From Gnetum montanum (Eukaryota > Plantae > Gnetophyta), in NCBI GenBank assembly GCA_015680685.1, contig MNCI01001323.1, positions 6,644-70,643 on the forward strand: a DNA stretch of 64,000 nt, in the 5' to 3' direction. Every line of letters starts with the position of its first letter. Within the stretch, counting starts at the first letter, position 1. Shown here one piece after another: positions 49,050 to 63,759 of the stretch. The notes beneath the pieces were generated by a model. The model had not been told where the DNA came from. It ran no database searches and was given only the letters and a program-made list of their open reading frames with translations. Position numbers and translations under genes: made by a program.

Positions 49050-50205
49050 TGTCACGATTGTATGGTTAAGTAAGCTTGAGGCATACATTAAAGGCCTAGG
49101 GGATATTTGCATTTCCATGATATTCCTTAGCAAAAATGTGATTCCATTAGTATGAATTTTATTTTTGGTCTTTCACAAGCTTACAATGGTCATGATGATA
49201 TATTAGTAGTTGTTGACTTGTTGACAAAGTCTACCCATTTCCTTGCCACATGGGCATCAGTGAGTACAATAGAGGCTATACATCTCTTTCTTGTAGAGAT
49301 AGTGCGATTGCATGGTGTGCCATGACATATTATTAATGATAGATATGCTTAATTCATGTCGCATTTTTGGCAAGCATTTCAAAAGAATATGGGTAAGAGG
49401 TTGAACATAAGTTCAACATATCATTCGTAAATAGATGGACAAATTGAGCAAATGTATCAAATTTTTGAGGACATGTTGAGAACCTCTGCTTTGCAATATA
49501 GAGATGATTGGGATCAAATGCTACCACTGGCTGAATTTACATATAAAAATATACCATATGAGAGTTTGCAATATAGAGAGTTTGCAGGTAGCACCATATG
49601 AGATTTTATATGGTAGGTCATGTAGAATGTCTTTATATTAATATACCATAGAAGATCACCTACAGGTAAGCATAGATTTAGTAAGGTAGACCATAGATCA
49701 AGTTTGAGAGATTTGAAATAGATTAAGAGTAGCATAGGATAGGCAAGAAATATAAGCTAATTGGCACCAAATATCATTAGAGTTTGTAGTTGGAGATCAT
49801 GTATTTCTTCATGTTTCTCCCCTAAAGGACCTTCCATGATTTGGCAAAAAGGTAAAATTGGCTCCTAGGTACATTGGACGTTTTAAGATGCTAGAGAGGA
49901 TTGTGAGAGTGGCCTATCGGCTAGCATTACCTTATTAGTTGGTACATGTACATGATGTGTTGCATGTATCTATGTTACAAGTTTATGTGCTTGATTAGCA
50001 TCATTTGATTAATCATTCAGGGATACTTCTATAGTCTGATGTTAGTTATGTAGAACAGCCTATAGAGATTCTTGATCTCATGGTGCAATAGCTATGTAAT
50101 AAAGTCGTGTCTATGGTAAAGGTTTTGTGGAGTAGACATGGAGCTTTAGAGGCTACCTCGAAGGTGAAGAGTAAGATGCATGTAACTCATCCTGATATCT
50201 TCTAG
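49050..50205 (+). pseudogene. Tekay/Del chromovirus integrase and chromodomain remnant
   Basis: DSISMNFIFGL, VVVDLLTKSTHF, EIVRLHGVP, SSTYHS*IDGQIE, LPLAEFTY, KLAPRYIGRF..AYRLALP, YVEQPIEILD..VKVLWSRHG..EAT. Confidence 0.9.
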
Positions 50206-50231
50206 GAGAAAGATTTTCAAGAAGGAAAGAG

Positions 50232-53075
50232 TGTTACATCCCTTCTAGATACATTGGGTATGGAAATACTATTATGATTTATATATTATGGGTGTGGCCT
50301 CATTGGGTTATCAGGGATGAGTTAGTTTGTTATGATTGCACTTTATATGTTATGATGCTTTAGCCTTTATGTTATGATTATGATGTCTTTGCATGCTTAA
50401 CTAACATGATTATGTACACTAGCCTTGTATGGTGTGTTAGATATGTGATGTGGCTCATAAGGATGTTGGATTAAGATACAAGAGCAAGTATTTAGTATGT
50501 ATTTATATTTAATGTTTAATTTTAGTATTTATTCTTTAAGTTGTAACACTATATTGTGTGATATTTGGATGTAATTTTAGCATATGGGTATGTAATGCAT
50601 ATGATAGGGATCTCGTAGATTCAAACAAATTTTAATTTGAAATACTAGTGTGTATTTTGTACATGTTTGAAGTAGGTAGTATTAATTAAGAAAGGAAAAA
50701 ATGAAAAGAACCTATAAAAATATTAATTGAAAAAAAAAATAATGGAATAGTGTTTTGCATGTGATGTGTGTAACAAATAAAAAGTAACCTTAATGTATAA
50801 GCCTATTATGTACAAAATAAAAATAAAAAGCACTATCTTTATTTTTCTTATTCTTTTGGCCACCACCATCCACATCATTTATCCATAGAAATTGGGTTTC
50901 TATTTTTTTTCTATTTCATGGAAACAGAAATAGAGCCTAAGTCTATTCTTCCTCGGTTTTTTTCTCTCTTCTTCATTTTAACACTTTTTCTAAGTTTTTA
51001 GTTTTGTGGATGAATTTTGCTTTGCTCTAAGCTTGGATTTGGGTTTACTATGCTTGTACCTAGGTGGGTGCACAACTTGTTTGAAGTGAAATGAAGTTTT
51101 GCTAGATTTTTAAGGATTTCATGCTTGTTTTGAACTTTCTACTACAACAATTTAAATTGGTGGGTTTTCTTTACCTTTTCCATGTATTTTTATGTTAGAT
51201 TAGTGTATATGATCATATGATCTAGGCATGTAGGATAGATAGTTAAGAGATTAAGTTTGGACATATTTTTTTGCAAATTTCCAAAAATTTTACGATTTTG
51301 GTTAGGGATGGTTTATGAATAAATATGTGACATATGAAATAATATGGACCTGTGGAAAATTATATGTGATTTTGATCAGACTAGCATGGTTGGAATATTA
51401 TATTTTATGGGCCTATTATTACATGGGAGTTTCTTAGGAGTTTCAATTATCATTTGTTGCAATTAAATACTATTATTTATTATTTTATTAATTAACTTTT
51501 AAATGCAATAACTTTACTTTCATGAGTCCAACTCAAATGAAATTAGTATCATTGGGATCATCTTTGGATGTACTTTCTAATTGTCAAATTTGTTTTTCCT
51601 TTTGGCATATATCATCTTGGAGGTTACAATAGTGTCCATTTTTACATAATTATATGTAGTTCAAGAAGTATGGTTGTTGCATGAAATTTTATGTTGTTAA
51701 ATTGTGGTATTGCTCTCATGGAATAAATGTAACTATTAGGTGAAAATATATGTGATCATGTTATGTTTGTTTTGGATATGTTGTGCTTATGACACATGTT
51801 AGCTTAAGCTAGCCTAGGCTTGTACATGTCATCACAATGATGCTTGTAGTAGTCATTGGTAGGTGGTGCTTACATAAGGATGTAGACCAATTGGTGATGA
51901 GGCACCCTAGAGGTAGTTATGGATTGACCCTCACTATGATTCATCAATGAGACTCCTATCTCAAGCCTCATCTTCAGAGTGGAAGAGCATAGGTGTGTTC
52001 GTCCCTACGGCTAGAATGTGACATAAATGTGTTTGTCCCTGCAACTAGTATGTGACATAGATGTCTTAATCCCTATTCCTGATCCTTCATAAGGCTAGTG
52101 ATTATGGATCAAAATTTGATGAACCCTAGCACCAATTAGGTAAATAAAAGACTAATAAAAGACCTACAAATAATTTCTGATTATGAGTACTCATGGCAGT
52201 GTTTCACATGCTACATTGAGTGTGGATATGCTATTGATCATATGGGTAAGGTGTAAATGATGGTATTAGTTTTTGATTCATAGCATTCATGTTATATCTT
52301 ATGATCGATCTATGATTTTGTGGTCCATGTCTTGCTTGATGGTATGGAGTGGGTATGATGGCATGGGCATGATAGTGGAGATTTATGTGATGTGATGTAA
52401 TGGATCCATGATTGATTATGTATGACAATGACTATATCTATGACTATGTGATAGCCATCTATTCACTTTAGTATAGATTATGCCAATGCTATATGTAATA
52501 TCATATGTAAATTTGTTACTTAGAGCATGTGCAAGACTGACAATTGATGCAGGTTTCCTTGTACCCCATTCCTCTCCTCCAATGTAGCTCTTATTAACCA
52601 TCTAACAAGGGATGTTTAAAGGCTTTCCACTCAATTCTATACTCATTATAGGTGGAATCTACAGGGGTGAAGGTGAGCACTGAGAGAGGGAAAAGGAGAG
52701 GAAAATTCTCAAGGATTAGTTGATGTATATTTCTATATACAATAGTATGGCATATTTATATTTATGACCCTCATTTCAATCTTATATATATGAAAATTTT
52801 TATGAATTGTATTGTGTGAGAGCTATACAAATTTTTCGTTTATGTTGAGACATGTAATTTCATGAATTTATATATATGCTTGGTCTTTGGTTTGGCATGG
52901 ATTTTTGTATGATTTGATTATGGAAGATATATATATATATATATCAAGTACTTTATTCTTTTTGTATTCATGCACAACTGGTTTCTTAGTTTACCATGCT
53001 TCCATTATGTTATTAATACTAGCAATCCTAGGCATCACATCATCCTAGTTAGGATTTGTAGGATAGGATGGTACA
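50232..53075 (+). repeat. 3' LTR of the Tekay-like element (~2.8 kb)
   Basis: Follows the purine tract AGAAGGAAAGAG. Terminal inverted repeats TGTTACATCC...GGATGGTACA. Confidence 0.75.
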
Positions 53076-53093
53076 GGGATGAACCAGATTAGT

Positions 53094-53700
53094 GTGTTGA
53101 CCTAATTTTGAGTAATTCCTTATGTGTTAATAGGACAACATAAATGGAATACAATGTGTTAATAAGAAAAAAGGAAAGAGAAAAGAGGGTAGTTATTTTA
53201 CAAAGAGTTAGAGCCTCTGGAAAGAGGTTTCCAAATCATCAAGTGCAAGGAATGCTAACTATGTTGAGTAGTAAAGATAGTTAGAAATGTTAAGTAGATC
53301 TCCAAAACTAAAGGAAGGAAAATTCCAAATGAGCAAGAAGCTAGCCAAATGGTAAAAAATACCAAACCTATTCTATTTAGGGATATCCTCCTATTTATAG
53401 GTTAGAAAAATGCATTGAAATCCACAAAATCTTCTAAAAGTTTCTATAAATTTTTGAATAGAAGAATCGACATGTAGTTATGAAGATTAATGTCATATGT
53501 CGAATGTAGTACTAACACTAGATGTCAAAAAGCTAATGTGTTGCAAGAAATGAGATCTAACACTGGATGTCAAAAGTGAAACTGAAGTTGAATGTCAAAA
53601 GCTAAAGATAGAATTGACACTAGAGCTGATGTCAAATGTCAAAATTAGAAGCTACAAAGAATGAACTAAAAATGATGCTGCTAATGACACAAGACATCAT
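53094..53700 (-). mobile_element. LTR-like fragment
   Basis: Minus-strand TATA (CTATTTATAG at 53391) adjacent to repeated ATGTC(G/A)AAAG motifs. Ends not resolved. Confidence 0.35.
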
Positions 53701-54046
53701 TTCTAGAAAGTGATGGATGTTCAAAAACTATGTTACAAACGATATGTCATGTTGAGACTAGACTATTCATGATGGCCTTCACATTGAAAAGTCATAGAAT
53801 GTACTCAGAACTCTAACTTATGCAAAAAAATCCAAAAGTGAATACAATTGCAATAGAGATTTATGTGCTTGAAACACAAAAATTGAAGATCCCATGGAGG
53901 AAGTAATTCGTGGAAAGGTCTAATTGATACAAAAATTTATTTTAGACATTGAGGCTAAGGTAGAAAAAATATGAGATTCCATGAATAAAAAATTCACAAA
54001 TGCATTAAAATTTGTAGAGGATAAAATTGAGCAAGCACTTGAAAAA

Positions 54047-57000
54047 TGGTGTTGGAACACCTCTTTTGAACTTGATGTCAATCCATACAAGTAGAAAAAT
54101 AGATATTTTGGTAGCATGAAAGACATCTTTATCACTCAAAAGATGTCTTTCCTCTGAGCTAGGTATTTACAAAAGATGTCTTATCTGATTGAGAGATATT
54201 TTTCCTACACAAAAGATGTCTTTCTTGTAGGTTGTTAATTCACAAAAAGACATCTTGTAAAATTAAAAGACATGTTTCTTGGCCAAAGATGTCTTTCTTC
54301 ACTAATAGATGTCTTTCCTACAAACTATTAGAACATAGAAAGACATCTTCCAAAGTCCCAATGATGCCCTATTTGAGCAAGAAAACTTCTAACATTTCAA
54401 ATCTAAGTTGGAAAATAATTGATATTATGGAGTTAGATGTGAGGAAGGTTTCACAAAATTTTTATCTTTATGATTTGAAAAATATTCATCTATGTTACAT
54501 GTTTTTGGCATGAGAGTCTTTGTGGTGTTGTCCATTGTGTGTGAATCTTGGTTGTTATACACCAACCCTCAAAGAAGGGAAAGAAATTCAAATAACTTTT
54601 TCTTACATTGAGGATAATTTGGTGTGATTGTAAATCCTTCTACTCTATAATATCATTGATTTTTTTGTTGTATGCTCTATGGGATTATAATTACATTGTA
54701 ATGTATAGCTAGTTTTCTTATTTTTTAGCAAGTTATTTATCTTGTGTACAATTTATATTTGGTGTGTTTTAAAAAGTCAATCAAATTGGAGTGATCCTAA
54801 TCTAGGATTGGTATTCGAGTGTAGGATTTTGGAATATAATTATGGACTTTTATGCCTATTTTAAATGCTCCTAAGAACAAAAATGTCCAAGTCCTGAATA
54901 GAGATATGGAAAGCATAAAATCTACTTTTCAACTAATGGTAGATCAATTGGATGAAATGAGTACTAAGATGGATAAAAATGTAGGTTGTATCTATATTCT
55001 ATCTCATGGTAATGATGATCATTCTCATTCAAATAAGGATGAATAAGTTTCTCAACTTGATGAAAGGACATAATATGAGAAGGAAGATCATTTTAGCTAT
55101 GGGAGTGTGAAAACCCATCAATCCAAGGTTCCAAGGGAAAGGAATCCAAGTTCAAATGTTAGAACTCCAAAATATCTATCTATGACATCTACTTCTTCTC
55201 TTGGAAAATTGGATGAGGAAAATGAAGAAATACTTACCAAGGCTTTGAAAATTGTTGCAATACTTCCTTATGTGAAATTGAAGACTTTAAATGATGTACA
55301 TGATATCAATGCACATGATATCAATGCCTTTACAAATTTTTTGAACGAACTTGACAAGTATTTTGAGCTTCAGAAGGTACCAAACCATTTGAGGGTACCA
55401 ATTTTTGAATCTATATGAGAAGATATGTCTTAAACATAATGGAAAAAAGAATCTCAAAGCTATGGAATACAAAAGGAACAACCTATTAGGTATTTTTCTT
55501 TTATGAAGTACAAATTAAAATAAAAATCTGAATAGTCTAGGTAGAAGCAACAAAAAATTATGAAGCTAAAATTCCTTAGACAAGGAGAATAGGATATTAA
55601 GAAATTATATATTAAATTTTTTAAACATTTTTCATAAAGTAAAGTTACCTAGAAAAAATGTGAGCTGGTTTCAATCTTTCTTAAAGTTCATAAGATTACT
55701 TATGATTAGGAGTTGACATTTTATGAGCCTTAATGTGAGACTTAAGATTTGGCACTCAAGGTAGATATGAAACTCAATGAATTTGGAAGTAGTAGTAAAC
55801 AATTCAAAGGAAATAGACAAGGAATTCAAATTAGAGAAGGGATCCAAGTCAAAATTTGAAGAAAAATAGAATACTAATGACAAGAAGCAAGAGAAATGCA
55901 ATCAAAAGGATAAGGCAAAGAAGAAAAGGGTCAAGGTAGCAACTCATCCAAGATTCAATGCTTTAAATGTAGAGAGTGGGGATACAAAAAATGGGTTTTT
56001 TTACTTCACAAGGTAGCTAAGGACAAGGATGTACAAACCTTGGAGATGGAGTCAACAAGTCAAGCTCTTCAAAGAGGTAATCCTTATGCTTCCAAAATTA
56101 AGAAAGTTTTTGAATTGAATTCTTATGCTTTTATGGGGAATGTGAATAAAGGAGATCATTTAGCAAGGAAATTGTTGTTAAGAATTAGAGCTAGATGTTT
56201 GATTAATGGGGAATGGATTCATATTTTGATTAATGGAGGATTGTAAGAAAATGTTATTTCCTCTAGTGTAGTTTCTAAGTTGGATTTAATAACATATCAT
56301 CATCATAGACCCTACAAGTTACATTGGTTGTCTAAATATTTATCTCAAGAGGTGAAAGAATAACGTGCTCTAAAGTTCAAAATTAGAAGTTATTATGATT
56401 TTATACAATGTGATCTACTACCTATTAATTGTGCTAATGTAATTCTTGGAAGGCCATAGAATTTTGATAATGTTGCGTGATTTGATGGGGCAAGAAATGT
56501 ATGGAGTGTAGCAATAAAAGATGGAATCCATGAGTTGACTCTTATGATTGCTATAGAAGTGAGGTAGAAAACCTTGTTTAATGCTTCATTAATCCTTCTT
56601 GGAAAGAGGAAACACATTAAGAAATATTATGAGATAGATTTTGGATTTTTGATTTCATCAACTGTTACTTCTAACCATGATATTGTCCAAGTATAACTTC
56701 TTTCCAATGTACTAGGCTTGAAGGAGTAATTCTTCCATGTGTTCAAAGTGGAATTGAATGGATTTTCACCAATCAAGAATGTCTAGTACCACATATACTT
56801 CATTCCTAGTGCTATCATTTCAAATGGGAGGGAATAATGAATGGAACTACATTATAGGATTGAATTGCAAAGGTAAGTATAGGAGCTACTTGCAAATTCC
56901 TTTGTAAGGGAGTCATTCTATGCTTGTGCAATTCTAGTAGTGCTTATATTAAATCTGGACAATTATGAATGAAGGATATGAATTAATTTAAGAGATATGA

Positions 57001-60000
57001 ACAAGAAAATATTAAGATACATGTTTTCTATTTCAAGGATGTATGATATCCTTAATGTCCTTACCAATGTAGAGATATTTAGCAAAATTGATTTGAAGAG
57101 TGTGTACCATCGAATTTGGATCAAGCCTGGTAATGAATGAAAGATAGCTTTCAAGATACAAATGGGTTATTTAAGTGGTTGGTGATTCCATTTAGGCTTA
57201 CAAATTCCCCTACTACATTCATTATGTTGATGCATGATCTTCTCAAATATTTAATTGGTAAGGGTTGTATTGTCTTCTTTGATGGCATTTTGGTATACAA
57301 CTCTAATAAGGAGTGCTTGAATCATTTGAAGTGAGTGTGTCTTAAGTTGAAGGAGGTACAGTTGGTGATTAATGTGAAGAAAATTTTCTTCTTCAAGAGG
57401 AAGATCATATACTTGGAATATGTGATTTTTAAAAACCAAATCAAGATGGAAGTTACTAATATGAAGGCTATTAGAGATTGGCTAAGACCTACAAATGTTA
57501 GGAAGGTGAGATCATTTCTTGGTTTATTAGGTTTTTATAGAAGTGTCATAAATTATTTCAGTGGTATATCATGGCCCATATTTACTTTTATTAAGAAGAA
57601 TCATAACTTCAAATGGGATGATGTAACCCAAAGAAGCTTTGACTTATTGAAGGAAAAAATATCAAGTAAACCAATGCTTCCAATATCGAAGTTCCAGAAC
57701 CTTTTTCAGATGGAGGTGGATGCAAGTGGCCTTATCATTTGAGGGGTGTTGTCTCAATCAAGAATACCTATTGCTTTCTTTTCAAAGAAACTAAGTGAAT
57801 TAAGGTAGAAGTACAACATAGAGGATAAGAAATGCTACACTACTCTTCAAGTAATCAATCATTTGAGGCATTATTTATTAACTAAGAAGTTCACTCTGAT
57901 GACTGATCACAAAGCACTTTAATTTCTTACATTCCAAAATAAGTTGAGTGCTAAATACATGAAGTGGGTGGTACAATTATAGGAGTTCAATTTTGTTCTC
58001 AAGCATAAGAGTAGGAAATCCAATGTGGTAGCAGATGTATTATCTAGGGTGCATGTGGTACATTTTAGTAATTCTCATGTAGAAGGTATGAATGATTTTA
58101 TTAATTTGTATGAACATTATTCAAATTTTGGGAATATTTGGAGAAGCATCAAAGGGCAATTGTTGAGTAGGGCAGACTAATGACAAAATTATCACATTTA
58201 GGATAAATTGTTATTCAAGCATGGAAACAATTATCTTCCAAATTATGATTTTAGAAGGAATATTTTGGTTGAAAAACATTGTGATGGCATGTCATGTCAA
58301 ATGGACAAAGATAATACATTAGAGCTTATGGTTAGGTACTATTTTGGCCTGGAATGGCCTTTAAAGTCTTTAAATTTTTGGAGTGTTTTCCATGTTAGAA
58401 ATTCAAGGACAGTAAAGGAGTTGATGGACATTACATGCCTTTGAAAATCCTCAAATGACCTTGAGAAAGTATGTAAATGAACTTTGTGAGTAGCATTCCA
58501 AAGGCCAAAAATGGAAATGATGCTATATTTGTGATGGTGGAAAAATTCTCCAAGATGACACACTTTATTCTATGCAAGAAGGTGAGTGATGCATCTCATA
58601 TTACAAATTTATTTTTAAAAAAAAATTATGAGGTTGCATAAGATTCCTTTGAATATTAATAGTGATAAGACTCCAAGTTTACCAATCAATTTTGGAGGTC
58701 CCTTTGGAAGATTTTAGGGACAATGTTAAATTTTTCTAGTGCATATCATCCATAGTCCAATGGCAAAACTAAAGTGATCAACAAATCTTTACTCAATATT
58801 TTGAGGTATTTGTGTGAAGGAAAATCCAATATGTGAGAGAACTTATTGTACTATGCAAATTTCTCTTATAACAATGTTTCACGTTGCTATTGGGAAGAGT
58901 GAATTTGAGGATGATTATGATTTTAACCAAGAATGGTAGATAAGTTAAGAAGCTTTAACAGAGAGGCTAAGTGTAGACTTTGTTAAGGAGATGATATATC
59001 TTCATGCTTAAGTAAGAATAAATCTAGAGAAGAAGGATAAATAATGAGTCCAAAATAGGAATGAAGGTAAGAGGAAGCCTAATTTTTTTATTGGTGATCT
59101 TTTTTAGATGCGCTTGAAGAAGTAGTAGTTGAGGAGTATGAACTTCTCAAAAGTAACGGCCAAGAAAATGAATCCTTTGAGAATAAAGACCAAAATCAAT
59201 AACAATGCATTTGAAATTGACTTACCCAGTAATGTGGATATGTCCTTTATATCCACATCTTGTACATTAACATGGTCTAGAAAATGATGAAACCTTGAGG
59301 AGCAACATCAATAAGGTATATGGGGATATTAATAAGCCCATGCCTTCAAGAGAAAGAAAGGCAATTGTACTTAATAAAAATAAAGATTCTAGCACTCATA
59401 GAGTGAAGAAATATGAGTACTTAGTCCATTGGAATGGTTAAACTAGTGATGATGCTATATGAGTCCATGAGACCAAACTTGTTGAGTGGGAGATCACTTC
59501 TACTCCTTCCCCTTTGTTCACATGAGTTTACCTTTTGAAGGATTGGAGATCTAGTGTAGGGACATCGCTTTCTAGTGTAATGTCAATTCCTATAGGCAAA
59601 GAAATGGAGATTTTGACAACATGGAAGACATATTTGTCACTTAAAAGACATCTTTTCAAAGATTTGGATGTTTTAAAAAGATGTATTATCTAACTAAAGT
59701 TGTGTTTCCTAGTCAAAAGATGTCTTTTCAAACTAGAAGATGTCTTTCCTGCAAGCTCTCAGTTCACAAAAAGACATCTTGTTAGATCTAAATACATCTT
59801 TCCTAATCCAAAGATGTCTTTTTCCATTGGAATAAGTCTTTCCTACAAGCTACCACAACATAGAAAGACATATTTCCAAGCCCCAAGAACATCTTATTTA
59901 ATCAAGAAAACTTTTGACACGGTAGATCCAAGTTGGGAAAGGGCTAGAATTATGGAGTTAGATGTCGACAACGTTTTCCTAAACTATTAGCTTTAGCTTC

Positions 60001-60378
60001 TATTTTGATAAATATTAGTCTATTTTGCATATTTCTAGCATGAGAGTTTATGTGGTCAATCATGTGTGTGGTATTAGCCATTGTATATTGATCTTAATTA
60101 TTGTATGTTAGTCTAAAAAAGAGGAAAGAAAGCTAAATGATTATTCCTTACATTGAGGAAAATCCTGTGTGATTGTAAAGCCTTTTTCTCTACAATATTG
60201 TTGAGTGTATTTTTGTGTATCTTGTGGAATTATGGCTCTATTGTATTTTTTAATCTTCTTTTAGAATTAATAGAAGATAACTAGTTTTCTTCTTTTCTAG
60301 AAAGGTATTTGTCTTATGTATAATTTGGATTGGTATGTTTTGAAGGATAAATCAAATCAAAGTGATCTTAATCTAGAA
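54047..60378 (+). mobile_element. Full-length but ancient CRM-like chromovirus (G)
   Basis: LTRs 54047-54807 and 59552-60378 align from TGGTGTTGG/TAGTGTAGG. Met-type PBS TGGTATTCGAG at 54809. TSD AAAAA/AAGAA. Confidence 0.85.
54852..59530 (+). pseudogene. Degenerate gag-pol of element G with C-terminal chromodomain
   Basis: QCFKCREWGY knuckle; protease ILINGGL*ENVIS/HHRPYKLHWL/ILGRP; RT FKWLVIPFRLTNSPTTF/FFDGILVY; RH EVDASG; INT VEKFSKMTHF; chromodomain EYLVHWNG*TSDDAI. Confidence 0.9.
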
Positions 60379-62559
60379 AAGAAAAGGTAAAAAGAAAAAA
60401 TAAGGAGATAGGAAAGGACATATATAGGCAAAAAGACAAAGTGACTGTAATAGATGAGTTTGTTAATTTAGACTTAGATAGAGATGATGGATGTGACCAA
60501 TACCAATATGAATATCCTAAGAAATGTTGTTCCATCATGGCCCATATGCAAGAATCAAGATCATATGATTTGAATCCTAAGTTCATCAAAAGGCAAATGC
60601 CCAAGAGATAGCCTTATTCACAAGATAATTGCATATAGTTCTAAAATCAATAGTACTATCCAAGTGGGATTTCTCCTCAATTGAAAGAGAATTATTATTA
60701 GTAATGGAAAACCCCACAATCATCAGGTATGCCACCACTAAGGTAGTAGTATCCTTTCAAGTAACCCAATTCTTATGATCATTATGCCTAGTAGCTTGTT
60801 TCTCCTAATGGTACCTCTACTCATAAATCCTCTTACTATTATTATCAACTAGACTATTATTGAACTACTACTTCTTGCATCCATTTACCTTTCTACACTT
60901 CTAATCAACCTTCCATGCATCCTCACTATTCACATACTTCTCTTCCTTGTACACCACCTTTACCAATGTAGGATCAAATACCTCCATAATCACAACAAAA
61001 TAATGTAATAAGAGCAATTAGTGTGCAGATAGATGATATTTCTAGTACTTCTAAAAACAACCATTAGAAATGTTCCATCATGAGGAATGCTTCCCTATTT
61101 ACAAGATGGGCTAATAGACCTACTAGCTCATGTAAACCTATGTAAGCATTAATAGATGTGGACCTTAATTCAATCTCACATCCTCCAACATCTCAAATGA
61201 GTTTCTTTCAAACCAAAATTAAAACATAAAAACTATCATGCTTAATCACATTGTAAGTGATTGGATAAAAGCAAGTACTCTTCGCAAGAAAAGAACATAT
61301 CCAATAAGTCCTATGATATACCTACAAATAACTAGAAATTCATCATCAAAAGTGCTCCTAGAGTTAAGTTCTAGAGTAAACTTTATTTTACAAAACATAT
61401 ACAAAGTCTATAACCTTTACAATTAGATAAATGCAACATTGAATTTGAGCATATAGACTAATCCATCATCGTTCAATTAGAATAGGTGGAAGATGTAGTG
61501 ATCATCATCAGTGATTGATCCTATCTTGCTAATTTTTTAGTTATCCACATGGGGAATAATAAATAAGAATTTCCAATAATCATGAGGAGAGCATGGCATT
61601 GCATAATCAATGATAAACTCATAATCAAGGACCTCTTCTTAGAGAATTTCAAGGATGATGAACAAGGAATTCATATAGAAGTTAACAATTCCATGTATTA
61701 TATAAAATGACACAGAGTGAAAATACACACAAACAATTTGAAATGTAAAAAAAATCATTTTTCTAGTATTCAATTATTATATAGAATATATGTATCTCCA
61801 ATAGTGCATGTATGCAACAACCACTAAACATGAAGACACCTAATGGTTGATAACAAATGAAAGCTATGAATCCTTAGTATGCATGGAGTCATAAAAGGCC
61901 CTCACAATGTCTATGTTGATAGGATGGGTAAGATGGAACACACCATACAATAACTTTATCAAGTGGAAAATAGGCAAGAAGAAGATATGGATAGGAAAAA
62001 TTTGAAAACTCAATAAAAGATAGAACCAGAGCCTAATTAACTTAAAAAATTATCAAAGTCTCTTGAGTATGTGATCTTAAAAAATGATAAACTAGTAATC
62101 ATAAATTCCTAGCTAATAGAGAATTAAAAGAGGAAGTTACTAAAAATAATCAATAGAAGGTCAATAATCTTTTCTTGGCCATATAATGAAATAAAAAGAA
62201 TTGATTCATACATATGCCAACATAGAATCTAAATAGACCCTATCATCAAGCCAAAATACCAATGACAACATAGGTTGAATTCCAAGTTGAAGTAGGTTGA
62301 AAGAGATTGAAAAACTCCTGAAAGTGAGATTCATATATCCTGTACAACATAGTGAGTGGATGAGATCAATTTTTATTATATACAAAAAGGAAGGCTAGTG
62401 GAGTATCTGCATTGATTTTAGGCTATCAATCATGACAAAATTTAAATATCATTTTTATTAACATTTATTGACCAAGTGTTGGACACCATTACAAGGTGTA
62501 AATTATACAATTTTCTAGATAACTATAGTTGTTATAATCATATTTAGATAGCTCTAGAG

Positions 62560-63759
62560 TGTTGACCTTTGATATGTCAAAACATTAAGAAAAATTAAAA
62601 ACAAGAATGTTTGTGTGGTTGTTGTTCATCTATTTGTAGGGAAAGGACTTGGACATGGATTTTGAGACAAGAGGAAAGCTCTAACAAGAAATACATCATC
62701 AAGGTCTCCAAAATGTACGTGGGAGCTCAAGAGCATGGACAAGGAATGAAAACTTCAAAATGCAACTCTAGTGATCAGGGACAAGGACGAAAGATTTCAA
62801 AGTAAAGAAAGACATCTCGAAGAAATAGTAGACATATTGGCCAAGAAAAAAGAGTTTCAGAAAATATGTCTTCAAGAAATAGCAAATATCTACTACAAAA
62901 GAAAGACATCTTCTTAATGACAAAGACGTCTTGGTTGAGTTGAATACTAAATAGACAAAGACATATCTAAAAAATAGTAAACATCTTTCTAGAGAGAAAA
63001 CATCTTTCATGAGAAGAAGACATCTTTCTAGAATGAAGGTCTAATGTAGAAAGATGTCTCAGCATTGAAGAAGACATCTCCAGTGACCATTAGATAGTTG
63101 TTGCTCGAATTATTATCTGATTTCAGAAACATATTGGCTATAAGAAGACTTCATTCCATTGGAAAATGAGCATGCATTATTGTACCTTTAATTGTCATAT
63201 TAACCAATCAATCTAATAATCATTAGTGTGATATTGTTCCTCATTGTACTATGCTTTTTCTATTATAATTTGTCAAAGTGTGTTATACCTCATTGTAGAA
63301 GGATCAGAAAGTTTAGTTGCATTGCTACATTTTAATTTTTTATCCTCTTCTTGCCCTATAGGATGGATTTGCTTCTTGTAAGAAGGCATCATCCTTGAGC
63401 TTGTAGGGATCCAATGGGATTGAGTGGTTTTGTAGTGCCACAACACTCCAAAGTGAAGATCAAGTTGTAGAGTTTGTAGGATCCTAGAAACCACATTCTA
63501 GGCTTGTCGAGACCTTATAGAGTTGAGTAGATTCATAGCATTGAATCACTCTAGGGAAGATCTTAAAGCTTGTACAAGGTGTGGTACCCTTCAAACCACA
63601 TTTGACAACAACAAAGTCTAGAGGTGTGCTCGTGAACTACCCTCTGAGTGTGGACAACCAAAGTTGGGGAACCATGTTAAATTTGGTTTGTGCTTTGTCT
63701 CAAAAACTTTTTAAATTGGAAAACTTATTCATCCCCCCTTCTAAGTTCAACAATACTCA
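62560..63759 (+). repeat. Solo LTR of the SIRE-like family, inserted in the RT of element H
   Basis: TGTTGACC...TATTCATCCCCCCTTCTAAG...CTCA. Flanks TAGAG/CAAAG are both derivable from a CAGAG TSD, and removing the insert restores an IAPE(D)-type RT motif. AGACATCT array at 62800-63080. Confidence 0.85.

Noticed and set aside
52927-52945. (TA)n tract
   Set aside because: Ordinary microsatellite within the Tekay LTR.
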